A stretch of DNA of 59,259 nucleotides, taken from Pseudomonadota bacterium. GTDB taxonomy: Bacteria; Pseudomonadota; Alphaproteobacteria; Rhizobiales; Kaistiaceae. The notes beneath the pieces were generated by a model. That model did not search any database. It had not been told where the DNA came from and saw only the letters and a program-made list of their open reading frames with translations. Position numbers and translations under genes: made by a program. Numbering within the stretch: the stretch's first letter is position 1; the number at the start of each line of letters is the position of its first letter. The stretch spans positions 1 to 59,259 of the forward strand of contig JBEHXS010000001.1 in the NCBI GenBank assembly GCA_048498575.1, in the 5' to 3' direction. This document shows, piece by piece, positions 38,529 through 46,853 of this stretch.

Positions 38529-38671
38529 GCTCTTCCTCCACTGCGTCGCGAACACTAAAAAAGATGGGTATCCAAACGCGGCATTTTAAGGTTCAAACTT
38601 TGGCGCAGTCATCCAAGCACAAAGTTGATGCGTTCACAGCCCTTGAACAAGAAGGGACGGACCTAGTTGAA

Positions 38672-38872
38672 ATGACAAAGAAACCGAGACCCGAAAAAGC
38701 GGCCCGCGACAAAGGGAGGAAGCGGGACTCCAGGGCGGGCATGGACGCCAATTTGCGCACGACGATCGGAGCCCAGCTCCGCGCGCTGCACCAGAACGTC
38801 ATCGAGGAGGGAATCCCGGATCGCTTCCGCGAGCTGCTCGACCGCCTCGACAACGCGAATTCGAAGGATTGA
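38672..38872 (+). CDS. nepR: anti-sigma factor NepR
   Basis: Small basic protein ending IGAQLRALHQNVIEEGIPDRFRELLDRLD, which is the NepR core motif. It is divergent from phyR and overlaps the ecfG start. An alternative start at ATG 38741 would give 43 aa. Confidence 0.7.
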   Translation: MTKKPRPEKAARDKGRKRDSRAGMDANLRTTIGAQLRALHQNVIEEGIPDRFRELLDRLDNANSKD

Positions 38873-39489
38873 CCGGATTGGTTGTAGAGCCGTCCATTCG
38901 CGAGGGCATCGTCGCCGCGATTCCGCGGCTCCGTGCTTTTGCCGTCTCCCTGACCGGCAGCGTCGATCGGGCTGATGACCTGGTGCAGGAGACGATGGTT
39001 CGCGCATACGCGAACATCGACAAGTTCCAGCCCGGCACCCACCTCGCCGCGTGGCTGTTTACCATTCTCAGAAACCAGTTTCGCTCCGAGTACAGAAAGC
39101 GGAAGCGCGAAGTAGAGGACGTCGACGGCCACCACACGGAGAGCCTGACCGCCAATCCGGAGCAATACGGCAAGGTCGAGTTCAACGAACTGCGCGTCGC
39201 GCTTACCCTGCTGCCGCCGGAGCAACGGGAAGCGCTCATTCTCGTCGGTGCATCCGGATTTTCCTACGAGGAAGCAGCCGACATCTGCGAGTGCGCGGTC
39301 GGCACGATCAAGAGCCGGCTAAGCCGCGCACGGAGCCGCCTGCTCGAACTTCTCTCGGAACAGGGGAGACCGGACGCAGCGCCGCCAGCTCGGAACTCCG
39401 ATGAGCATCGGACGTTAACGCACCGCCCGGCGACCGTGCCTGCCGACGACGCCCTCGAACCGCCTCACCCCAAGCGGTCGGCAAGCTGA
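38869..39489 (+). CDS. ecfG: ECF sigma factor EcfG (general stress response)
   Basis: Region 2 is DLVQETMVRAYANIDKF...WLFTILRNQF and region 4 is REALILVGASGFSYEEAADICECAVGTIKSRLSRAR. TTG start at 38869 or 38878. About 40 aa of low-complexity C-terminal tail. Confidence 0.85.
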   Translation: MTGLVVEPSIREGIVAAIPRLRAFAVSLTGSVDRADDLVQETMVRAYANIDKFQPGTHLAAWLFTILRNQFRSEYRKRKREVEDVDGHHTESLTANPEQYGKVEFNELRVALTLLPPEQREALILVGASGFSYEEAADICECAVGTIKSRLSRARSRLLELLSEQGRPDAAPPARNSDEHRTLTHRPATVPADDALEPPHPKRSAS

Positions 39490-39540
39490 GGGGTTTTGCT
39501 GGCTGTCACGTCGCTGCGGCGATGAGACGGAGATCGAGCG

Positions 39541-40209
39541 ATGCCCCACCTTCCCGTGCGCGGAGTGGACGATGGTCCACCGACAGTCAACGGCGCGCAG
39601 CTGCCGGCCCACGCTCCCGAAACCAGTCTGGCTGCGCTCAAAGCAGCGGCTCAAGCCTGCACGCGTTGTCCGCTCTACAAGAACGCGACCCAGGTCGTGT
39701 TCGGCGAGGGTCCCCTTCCCGCCGCGCTGATGCTCGTCGGCGAACAGCCCGGCGACAAGGAAGATCTCGCCGGGCGTCCTTTCGTCGGTCCAGCTGGAGG
39801 AATCCTTGACGGGGCGCTCGAGCGCGCTGGCATCGACCGTCGCACGGTCTATCTCACCAATGCCGTGAAACACTTCAAGAACGAGCCGCGCGGCAAGCGG
39901 CGACTCCACAAGCGTCCCAATCAATATGAAATCAGCCGTTGCCGCTGGTGGCTTGATGCCGAGCTCACGCTCGCTCGTCCCCGCTACGTCGTCGCACTCG
40001 GCGCCAGCGCAGCGTGGGCGCTTACCGGCAGCCACACGAAGATCAGTGAGAGCCGCGGCCGGCGCCTGAATTTCAATGGCGTGGCGGGGACGGTGACAAT
40101 GCATCCCTCGGCGATCCTGCGCATGAGAGACCATGAAAGCCGCGAGCAGGCCCTCGACGATCTCGTGAAGGATCTCGCCGCAGCTCGGAAAGCCGCCGCA
40201 GAGGCTTAA
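39541..40209 (+). CDS. UdgX-type family-4-like uracil-DNA glycosylase
   Basis: 222 aa with CTRCPLY, motif A GEQPG, an inserted basic loop GKRRLHKRP (nt 39895-39909 encode KRRLH) and motif B HPSAILR. Confidence 0.75.
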   Translation: MPHLPVRGVDDGPPTVNGAQLPAHAPETSLAALKAAAQACTRCPLYKNATQVVFGEGPLPAALMLVGEQPGDKEDLAGRPFVGPAGGILDGALERAGIDRRTVYLTNAVKHFKNEPRGKRRLHKRPNQYEISRCRWWLDAELTLARPRYVVALGASAAWALTGSHTKISESRGRRLNFNGVAGTVTMHPSAILRMRDHESREQALDDLVKDLAAARKAAAEA

Positions 40210-40303
40210 GACCGGCGACGCCAACCGCGCTTAACAGTGCCGCGTGGGAACCAATTGGGCGCCCCACCCATTGTAAGTGTCGTTGGCGCGGAAGATCCCC
40301 CGA

Positions 40304-41410
40304 ATGACCGACGTTTCAATCGACTCCTCGCGGGCCGACGCGCGCGCGGTAGGGCTGCGCTATTTCGGCGACGAACACCCGGGATTGCAGCGCATCCGGC
40401 ACGGGACAGGTTTCGGTTACGTGGATACCGATGGAGTGGCCGTTCGCGATGCGGCAACGCTGAAGCGCATCCGCCACATCGCGATCCCGCCGGCGTGGAT
40501 CGATGTCTGGATCTCGCCCATCGCAAACAGTCATGTCCAGGCAACCGGCCGCGATGCCCGGGGCCGCAAGCAGTATCGTTACCATGCAGACTTCCGCGCC
40601 GCTCGCGAGCAGACGAAATACGAGCACGTGCTCTCCTTCGGCAAGGCTCTGCAAGCTATCCGCCGGCGCGTTGAGGCCGACATGGCGCTGCCCGGCCTCC
40701 CTCGCCCCAAGGTTCTGGCAACGATCGTCCACCTTCTTGACACGACGTTGATCCGCGTCGGCGGCACCGAATACGCGCGGAGCAACCATAGCTTCGGCCT
40801 GACCACCCTCGAGGACCGGCACGTGAAAATCAGCGAGGGCGCCCTGCGTTTCGAGTTCAAGGGCAAGAGTGGGCGCACCTGGCTGCTCAAGCTGCGCGAC
40901 CGCCGCGTCGCACGCATCGTGAAGTCGTGCCAGGACCTGCCCGGCCAGCACCTCTTCCAATATCTCGACGAAAATGGGGATCGACAGGCCGTCGAGTCGA
41001 CCGATGTGAATGCTTATCTGCAGGAAATCAGCGGCGGCGCGATTACGGCGAAGGATTTCCGGACCTTCGCCGGCACCGTCTTGGCCGCCGAAGCGCTCAG
41101 CGCATTTCCCGCCACCGAACTGGCGAGCGGAGCGAAGGTCAACGTGCGGGCGGCAATCGAGACAGTCGCGGCGCGCCTCGGCAATACGCCGGCGGTCTGT
41201 CGAAAATGCTACGTGCATCCCGAAGTTATTGCCGCCTATCTGGAAGGGGTTCTGGAGCTGCCCGCGCGCCGGGCCGCTGCCGGTCTCGAACCGGCGGAGC
41301 GCTCTGTTCTCGCTTTTCTTGAACAGCGGCTGACCATGCCCACGCGCGGCGTCGCGCGGTCCACTGACGCGCGCGTTCACGCCGGCCAACAGGCATCCGC
41401 ACCTTCCTAG
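40304..41410 (+). CDS. type IB DNA topoisomerase (poxvirus-like bacterial TopIB)
   Basis: It has IPPAW, GRDARGRKQYRYH, the family ending GNTPAVCRKCYVHPEV with the catalytic-Tyr context, and an N-terminal DNA-binding segment. ATG at 40304 (the ORF begins at GTG 40277). Confidence 0.85.
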   Translation: MTDVSIDSSRADARAVGLRYFGDEHPGLQRIRHGTGFGYVDTDGVAVRDAATLKRIRHIAIPPAWIDVWISPIANSHVQATGRDARGRKQYRYHADFRAAREQTKYEHVLSFGKALQAIRRRVEADMALPGLPRPKVLATIVHLLDTTLIRVGGTEYARSNHSFGLTTLEDRHVKISEGALRFEFKGKSGRTWLLKLRDRRVARIVKSCQDLPGQHLFQYLDENGDRQAVESTDVNAYLQEISGGAITAKDFRTFAGTVLAAEALSAFPATELASGAKVNVRAAIETVAARLGNTPAVCRKCYVHPEVIAAYLEGVLELPARRAAAGLEPAERSVLAFLEQRLTMPTRGVARSTDARVHAGQQASAPS

Positions 41411-41454
41411 CGCCGATGCGCGACTAGCCTGGAGAGGCGGGCGGACTTAGGCCC

Positions 41455-41685
41455 TCAGGCGGCTTCCTCGATGTCGTAGAGCCCGGCCAACTTCCGGCCA
41501 ACGGCGGCGACTGCCGCAAGGCAGGCCTCGTCAATGCGCTGCCCGTCCCGCTTCAAGGTCGCCACCCATCGTCCGGGCCGCCGCACGACCAGCAGCGAAG
41601 CAGCGTCCACGTCGTGATCAAGGCGGCGGACTTCCGCCGCGATCAACTGGCCGATTTCGAACGGGGTCTTGAGATCTCTGCGCAT
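41455..41685 (-). CDS. hypothetical small protein (76 aa)
   Basis: Normal composition. GAGG lies 6 nt before the ATG. I recognise no family. It is preceded by an EcfG-like box. Confidence 0.45.
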   Translation of the reverse strand: MRRDLKTPFEIGQLIAAEVRRLDHDVDAASLLVVRRPGRWVATLKRDGQRIDEACLAAVAAVGRKLAGLYDIEEAA

Positions 41686-41715
41686 GACAACCTCGCAAAT
41701 CGGGGGCTCTGGCTA

Positions 41716-41740
41716 AACGCCGTCGCTGCCGAAAGGTTTC
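41716..41740 (-). promoter_or_regulatory. EcfG-like promoter, GAAAC-N16-CGTT (8/9 match) on the minus strand
   Basis: The reverse complement of 41736-41740 is GAAAC and of 41716-41719 is CGTT, with a 16-nt spacer. It lies about 30 nt upstream of the 76-aa ORF start. Confidence 0.35.
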
Positions 41741-41861
41741 AATGGAAGAGATAGGTGGGCTCGAAAGGACTCGAACCTGCAACACAGATCGTCATGGGCG
41801 CCATGCGTATGTTCGCCCAAGGCCGCAAACGAGGGCGGTGCCTGCTTTGTGCTCGCGGTGA

Positions 41862-44800
41862 CTAGGCGGGCTCAATCAGGAGCGTTGCAATTTCAAAGGG
41901 GCGCAGGGTCAGCGTCACGGTGTCATTGGAGACCGTGAGCGCGACGCCGTTCTCTTCCATCAGATTGACCAGGCTTGCCGCCTTCACAGGTATTCCGAAC
42001 GTGATTTTCGCGGTTGCCCGCCGGTTGGCGTGCTCGAAAACGCGCAACACGATACCCGTGTCGTTCTCGGCCTGCTTCACCGTCTCCAGGGTAACGTTGT
42101 CGCTGTCGACCTGCGCAAACGAGAACGACTTTTCCGGCACGGCCGTCGCCTGCGTTCGCCCGGCGCCACGCAGCACTCCAACCGGGTTGTTGAACCGCTC
42201 CGCCTCGATCGGCACTTGCTCAAGATCGGCCACGCCACGGTGGACGAACAGGCCGTAGCGGAACCGATGCTCGCCGAGATCGGCTTTCGGATGGGGATGT
42301 ACCGGCCCCCTGAGCAGCGTCAGCCGCACGAGCTGCTCCACCGCGTCGTAGCCGTACTTGCCGTCGTTCAGGAGCGCCGCACCGAAGTCCGCCTCGCTTA
42401 TGTCCACCCAGCGATGCATGCTCGCTTCGAAACGGGCGCGGTCCCAGCTTGTGTTGCGGTGCGTGGCGCGCCTGACGTGGCCGAATTGGATTTCCGAGCG
42501 CGCCTCAGAGACGTTGAGATCGAACGGAAAGAGTGCCTTCAGAACCGTCTGCCGTTCCTGCCAATCGACGAAAGTGTCGAAGGTGACCAAGCGGGCCCCC
42601 TTCTCCAGCGATGCCACCTGAACGATGTGCGAATTGTGATAGCGCCGCTCGATGCGCAGGGCCACTCGATGCGGACCGCTTTCGACGATCTCGATCTTGG
42701 CAGGCGTGTCGGCGAGTGGCCAAGACTGCTCCTCGAAATAGGCGTCAATATCCCAGGCATCCCACTTCATGGGCTTGTCTTCGTAAGCGACAAGCCGATT
42801 GGCGGTCCTGCCCCGCGGCAACAACTCGCGGCCGCTCGCCTTGTCGATGACCGAAGCGATTTCGCCAGCCTTGTCGAAGGACACAGCGATTAGCGCGTTT
42901 TCCAAATGATTGCTGGAGACGCAGAGACCCGACGCTGGCTCGGCCTCTCCGGCGGTGACGATGCGTGCGCAGGCCCAGCCGAGCGACGGCAGGTTGGCGG
43001 GTGCAGCAAGCGTGCTGCCGCCGTCCGCTGCCACCAGCTTCTGCAGCGCCTGCGGCTTGTCGCCGGCAACCGCCAGTGCGTCGCCTTCCGCCGCATCGGG
43101 GATGGCGACGAGCGCGGCGCGGACATGCCCGGTGAAATTGAACATCGTCACCTCGCCCGCTCCCGGCGTGGCGAGCGCCTTCGCTGCCGATTGCCAAGGT
43201 CCGTTTGCGGACGCCAGCGTCGAGAAAATCGACGCATATTCGGTATCGGAGTCCTCATACACCTCGGCAATCGAGGTGCCAGGGAGGATGTCGTGGAACT
43301 GGTTGATCAGGACGATTTCCCAAAGTTCCGCCAGAGTCGCTTTCGGGTACGGCGTGCCGGGTTTCAACGCAGCCGCAAGCGCGCTCAGGAACTCGAGCTC
43401 GCGAAGCTGGCGTTCGGCGCGACGGTTGTTTGCTTTGTTGCGGGCGACGGAGGTCAGCGTGCCGCGGTGGTACTCGAGGTAAAGTTCGCCATTCCAGATC
43501 GGAAAGCGCGTCGCCTCGGCATCCATGCGCTTGCCGAGCTTGTCGAAGAAGGGAACGATGCCTTCGAGCTTGACCTTGGGCGCGCCGGGAATGCCCTTCT
43601 GCATGCGCAGCCCACGCTCGATCATGGCGCGGGTCGGGCCGCCGCCGCCGTCGCCGTAGCCGTAGCAGACGAGTACCGTGTCATTCGCCGCCTTCGGCTC
43701 GTAGCGCTTCCAGGCGCCCATTACTTCGCTCACCGACAGGTCCGAATTGTAGGTGGTGAAGATCGCGTCGCTTTCGTAGCGCTGGGCGGTGATCAGCTGC
43801 GCCTTGATGGTCGTGCCGTCGATACCGCGCCAGAAGAAGGTGTCGTACGGGTGCCGGTCGGTATCGTTCCACGACAGCTTCGACGTGACGAAATACTCCA
43901 GACCGGAGCGTGCCATAACCTGCGGTAGGTTCGCCGAGTAGCCGAAGGTGTCCGGCAGCCAGACGACCTTCGGGACGACGCCGAATTCTTCCTTGTGGAA
44001 ACGGCGGCCGCGCATGATCTGGCGCACGAGCGACTCGCCCGAGATGATGTTGACGTCGGGCTCAACCCACATCGCCCCTTCGATCTCGAAACGGCGCTCG
44101 GCGGCGCGCTTCTTCACGCCTGCCCAGATCTCCGGGTAGTCGGCCTTCAGGAAATCGAAGAGCACCGACTGGTTGTACATGAAGACGAACTCCGGATATT
44201 CGTCCATCAACGCGAGCACGGTGGCGAAGCTGCGGCCGGTCTTGTCGCGCGTGTGGCGCACGCGCCAGAGCCAGCCGACGTCGAGGTGTGTGTGGCCGAC
44301 TGCCGAAACCGTCGGCTCACTCTCATCGTCGCGGAGCGCATAAATCGCGGCGGCAATTTTCTCGGCGGCGGCGAGCGAGGCATCGTCGATCTCGCCACGG
44401 CGATCGAGAGCGCGGAGCCCCTTCTCGACCAGGGCCAGCACCGCGTGGCGGCGGGCGTCGTTCTGCGGCAGTCGCGTCGCCACTTCGAGCGGCGTCATCA
44501 GGTCGAAGTAGAGCTTTTCGACCCGCGTGTTGCGCAAGAAATATTCGGCTTGGAATCCGACCAAGGGCCGGTCGAAGAAGGTGAAGGCGTTGACCAGCAG
44601 CGTGCGCTTCGTTCCCGGCTTGGCGTTGCGCGCGACCACGAGTTCGTTGTGATTGCCGTCGATCGCCTGCGCCACGTGGCCGTCGAGATAAGCCAGGCAC
44701 TGCGGGTCCGTGGTCCCCGGCCGCTCCTGCCATTGCGATGTGAAGCGAAGGGCGAGCGTACCGCCTTTCGCCTCTGCCGGTACGAGGACCTCGGCGGCGA

Positions 44801-45038
44801 GCCACGTGTTGCCCTGCTTCTTCGACCACACGGTACGTGGGCCGAACGGCGCCCATTTCCGCCAGTCTGTGGCGAGCGCCTGCTCGGAAGTGAGATCGGC
44901 CTCGTTGTAGCGCCATTCGAGAGCAGCGCCGATCGGCACGTTGATCTTGGAAGCAAGATCGGCGCACAACCGCGCCAGCTTGCCTTCCAGCTTCGTGTCG
45001 TCGCTGAGGAGTCCGAGTTTGCCCGCGAGCGAATTCAT
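41862..45038 (-). CDS. GH38 alpha-mannosidase (cytoplasmic)
   Basis: Trimmed to the Met at 45038 (MNSLAGKLGLL...), giving 1058 aa. It carries the GH38 metal/catalytic signature VGHTHLDVGWLW and has no signal peptide. The 1348-aa track ORF runs on through the permease gene in another frame. Confidence 0.85.
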   Translation of the reverse strand: MNSLAGKLGLLSDDTKLEGKLARLCADLASKINVPIGAALEWRYNEADLTSEQALATDWRKWAPFGPRTVWSKKQGNTWLAAEVLVPAEAKGGTLALRFTSQWQERPGTTDPQCLAYLDGHVAQAIDGNHNELVVARNAKPGTKRTLLVNAFTFFDRPLVGFQAEYFLRNTRVEKLYFDLMTPLEVATRLPQNDARRHAVLALVEKGLRALDRRGEIDDASLAAAEKIAAAIYALRDDESEPTVSAVGHTHLDVGWLWRVRHTRDKTGRSFATVLALMDEYPEFVFMYNQSVLFDFLKADYPEIWAGVKKRAAERRFEIEGAMWVEPDVNIISGESLVRQIMRGRRFHKEEFGVVPKVVWLPDTFGYSANLPQVMARSGLEYFVTSKLSWNDTDRHPYDTFFWRGIDGTTIKAQLITAQRYESDAIFTTYNSDLSVSEVMGAWKRYEPKAANDTVLVCYGYGDGGGGPTRAMIERGLRMQKGIPGAPKVKLEGIVPFFDKLGKRMDAEATRFPIWNGELYLEYHRGTLTSVARNKANNRRAERQLRELEFLSALAAALKPGTPYPKATLAELWEIVLINQFHDILPGTSIAEVYEDSDTEYASIFSTLASANGPWQSAAKALATPGAGEVTMFNFTGHVRAALVAIPDAAEGDALAVAGDKPQALQKLVAADGGSTLAAPANLPSLGWACARIVTAGEAEPASGLCVSSNHLENALIAVSFDKAGEIASVIDKASGRELLPRGRTANRLVAYEDKPMKWDAWDIDAYFEEQSWPLADTPAKIEIVESGPHRVALRIERRYHNSHIVQVASLEKGARLVTFDTFVDWQERQTVLKALFPFDLNVSEARSEIQFGHVRRATHRNTSWDRARFEASMHRWVDISEADFGAALLNDGKYGYDAVEQLVRLTLLRGPVHPHPKADLGEHRFRYGLFVHRGVADLEQVPIEAERFNNPVGVLRGAGRTQATAVPEKSFSFAQVDSDNVTLETVKQAENDTGIVLRVFEHANRRATAKITFGIPVKAASLVNLMEENGVALTVSNDTVTLTLRPFEIATLLIEPA

Positions 45039-45043
45039 GCTTC

Positions 45044-45862
45044 TCACCCCTTCACGCCGACTCCGGCAAAGCCGGTATTGAGATTGCGCCGCAGCAGGAA
45101 GTAGACCGCTACGGCGGGTAGCGAGTAGATCAGCGAATAGGCGGTCAGGAAGCCGTAGCTGATGCCGCCGTACTGGCCGAACGCGGTGAACAGGCCGACC
45201 GACATCGGGAAGCCCGAATCCGTGCGGGCGAAGATGAACGGCAGCAGAAACGCGTTCCATGCGCCGGTGAAGGTGAAGAACCACACCACGGCCACGCCCG
45301 AGCGCGACAACGGCACAACGATCAGCCGCAGGATCTGCCAGACCGAGGCCCCCTCGACGTAGGCAGCTTCCTCCAGCTCGATCGGGACGGTGTCGAAGAA
45401 ATTCTTGAGCAGCAGCAGCGCGAACGGCATGCCGAGCACGGTCATGGCGACGATCATGCCGGGCATGTTGAGACCGTGAAGCTGCTTGGCGGCGAAGAAC
45501 GTCGGCACGATCGTGCCCGCCTCGGGCAGCATGCGCAGCAACACGAGCCCCCACAGGAATGCGTTCCGCCCCGGTATCCGCATGCGCGACAGCGGATACG
45601 CCGCCGCCGAAGCGACCAGCACGGTGAGCGTCGCGGTGCCGATCGACAGATAGACAGAATTCAGAAGCTGCTGGCCGGCCTGGCCGCTCAGCGCCAGCAC
45701 GAAATTCCCGATACCGATCGAATGGGGCAGCCGGAGCTGGCCATTGGTCTCTGGGTCGATCGCACTCAGCACCAGCCACGCGAACGGGCTCACCCAGATC
45801 ACGGCAAGAAAGGTCAGCGCCAGGGCACCGAGACGCGAATGGGCGAAGTTTCGCTCCATCAC
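45044..45862 (-). CDS. CUT1 carbohydrate ABC transporter permease
   Basis: 272 aa with the EAA loop EEAAYVEGASVWQILRLIVVP. Confidence 0.85.
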   Translation of the reverse strand: MMERNFAHSRLGALALTFLAVIWVSPFAWLVLSAIDPETNGQLRLPHSIGIGNFVLALSGQAGQQLLNSVYLSIGTATLTVLVASAAAYPLSRMRIPGRNAFLWGLVLLRMLPEAGTIVPTFFAAKQLHGLNMPGMIVAMTVLGMPFALLLLKNFFDTVPIELEEAAYVEGASVWQILRLIVVPLSRSGVAVVWFFTFTGAWNAFLLPFIFARTDSGFPMSVGLFTAFGQYGGISYGFLTAYSLIYSLPAVAVYFLLRRNLNTGFAGVGVKG

Positions 45863-46773
45863 CTCGGCTCCTTGAGCTGACGCAGATATCCCAGCGCGAG
45901 CAGGCCAACGATAAGCATCATCGCGATGGCGATAGCGCTGCCGTAGCCGAGCTTCCCGACCTCGAACGACTGGTGGACCATGAGGATGGAGAGCACCTCC
46001 GTCCTTCGCCCGGGGCCGCCGCCGGTGAGCGCGAAGATCAGAGCAAAGTAGCCGAACGTCCAGATGGTGACGAGCAGCAGGTTGGTGACGAGATGCGCGC
46101 GCACCATGGGCAGTATGACGAGACGGATGCCCTGCAAGGGCGTCGCCCCGTCCATGCGCGCCGCCTCGATCACCTCGCGCGATACCGAATCGAGCGCGGC
46201 ACTGAACAGAAGGTAAGACCAGGCGGTGCCCTTCCAGATATTGGCGATGATCACGACCGGCAGCGCGTAGTCATTGATGAAATTGATTGGCGGCAGGCCG
46301 AGCGGCGCGACGATTAGGTTGTTGATGAGGCCCGTCGTCGACGTGGTGTTCGACCACATGAAGGCAGCGACGATGTCGGGCAGCAGCCAGCCCAGCATGA
46401 TCGCGACTTCGACGACGTTGCGCAGCAGCGAGTGGTTGCCGCGCAGCGTCACGGCAAGGCCGAAGCCGAAGACGGTCTGACCGACGATCGCCGAGAAGAA
46501 GGTGAAGACGGACGTCACCCAGAGCGAGTTGAGGAAGCCCTCGCGCGTGAACAAGCGAACGTAGTTGTCGAAGCCGATCCAGTTCCAGTTGACCGAGCGC
46601 AGGCCGGTGAGCTCGAGGTTGGTGAAGCTGAAGACCACCGCCCAGCCGGCGAGGTAGAGCGTCGCCAGCACGCAGATCGCGGCCGGCAGCATGGCGATCA
46701 GCATGGGTCCGCGCGCAGCGGCGAGCCAGGGGCTGATCTGATTATTCATAGAATGGCGGCGGGCTTGAGCCAC
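45859..46773 (-). CDS. CUT1 carbohydrate ABC transporter permease
   Basis: 304 aa with the EAA loop IEAARMDGATPLQGIRLVILP. It has a 4-nt overlap with the next permease gene. Confidence 0.85.
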   Translation of the reverse strand: MAQARRHSMNNQISPWLAAARGPMLIAMLPAAICVLATLYLAGWAVVFSFTNLELTGLRSVNWNWIGFDNYVRLFTREGFLNSLWVTSVFTFFSAIVGQTVFGFGLAVTLRGNHSLLRNVVEVAIMLGWLLPDIVAAFMWSNTTSTTGLINNLIVAPLGLPPINFINDYALPVVIIANIWKGTAWSYLLFSAALDSVSREVIEAARMDGATPLQGIRLVILPMVRAHLVTNLLLVTIWTFGYFALIFALTGGGPGRRTEVLSILMVHQSFEVGKLGYGSAIAIAMMLIVGLLALGYLRQLKEPR

Positions 46774-46853
46774 GGCGGGTCGGGTCAGGCGGAGGCGGCG
46801 ACACGGGGGGAGACTATCCCGTGTCGCCGTATCTGCGGGTGTCGCGCGTGAGC

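Noticed and set aside
38575-38595. TGAAC ... CGTT lies on the minus strand upstream of phyR and is a possible EcfG promoter.
   Set aside because: The spacer is only 12 nt, whereas the consensus is 16-17. It is not compatible with an EcfG-type promoter.
38644-38668. TGAAC-N16-AGTT lies on the plus strand just before nepR.
   Set aside because: It matches only 7 of 9 positions and would place the TSS at or beyond the ATG at 38672. It would make sense only if NepR starts at 38741. It is too weak to call without TSS data.
39415-40224. A 269-aa minus-strand ORF lies antisense to the UdgX-like gene.
   Set aside because: It has no motifs. The plus-strand frame carries all the UDG family motifs.
41754-41790. 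A tRNA-3'-end-like string on the minus strand (…GCAGGTTCGAGTCCTTTCGAGCCCACCT) looks like a possible tRNA gene or integration-site remnant.
   Set aside because: The T-stem pairs at only 3 of 5 positions and the sequence ends CCT rather than CCA. I could not fold any matching 5' acceptor strand, D-arm or anticodon arm upstream. No integrase or direct repeat is visible nearby. At most it is a decayed fragment, so I do not call it as a feature. A tRNAscan or ARAGORN run would settle the question.
41862-45908. A 1348-aa ORF could be read as one giant protein.
   Set aside because: The N-terminal ~290 aa are an off-frame reading of the permease gene (45044-45862) with junk composition. The GH38 protein starts at the Met at 45038, 6 nt after the permease stop.
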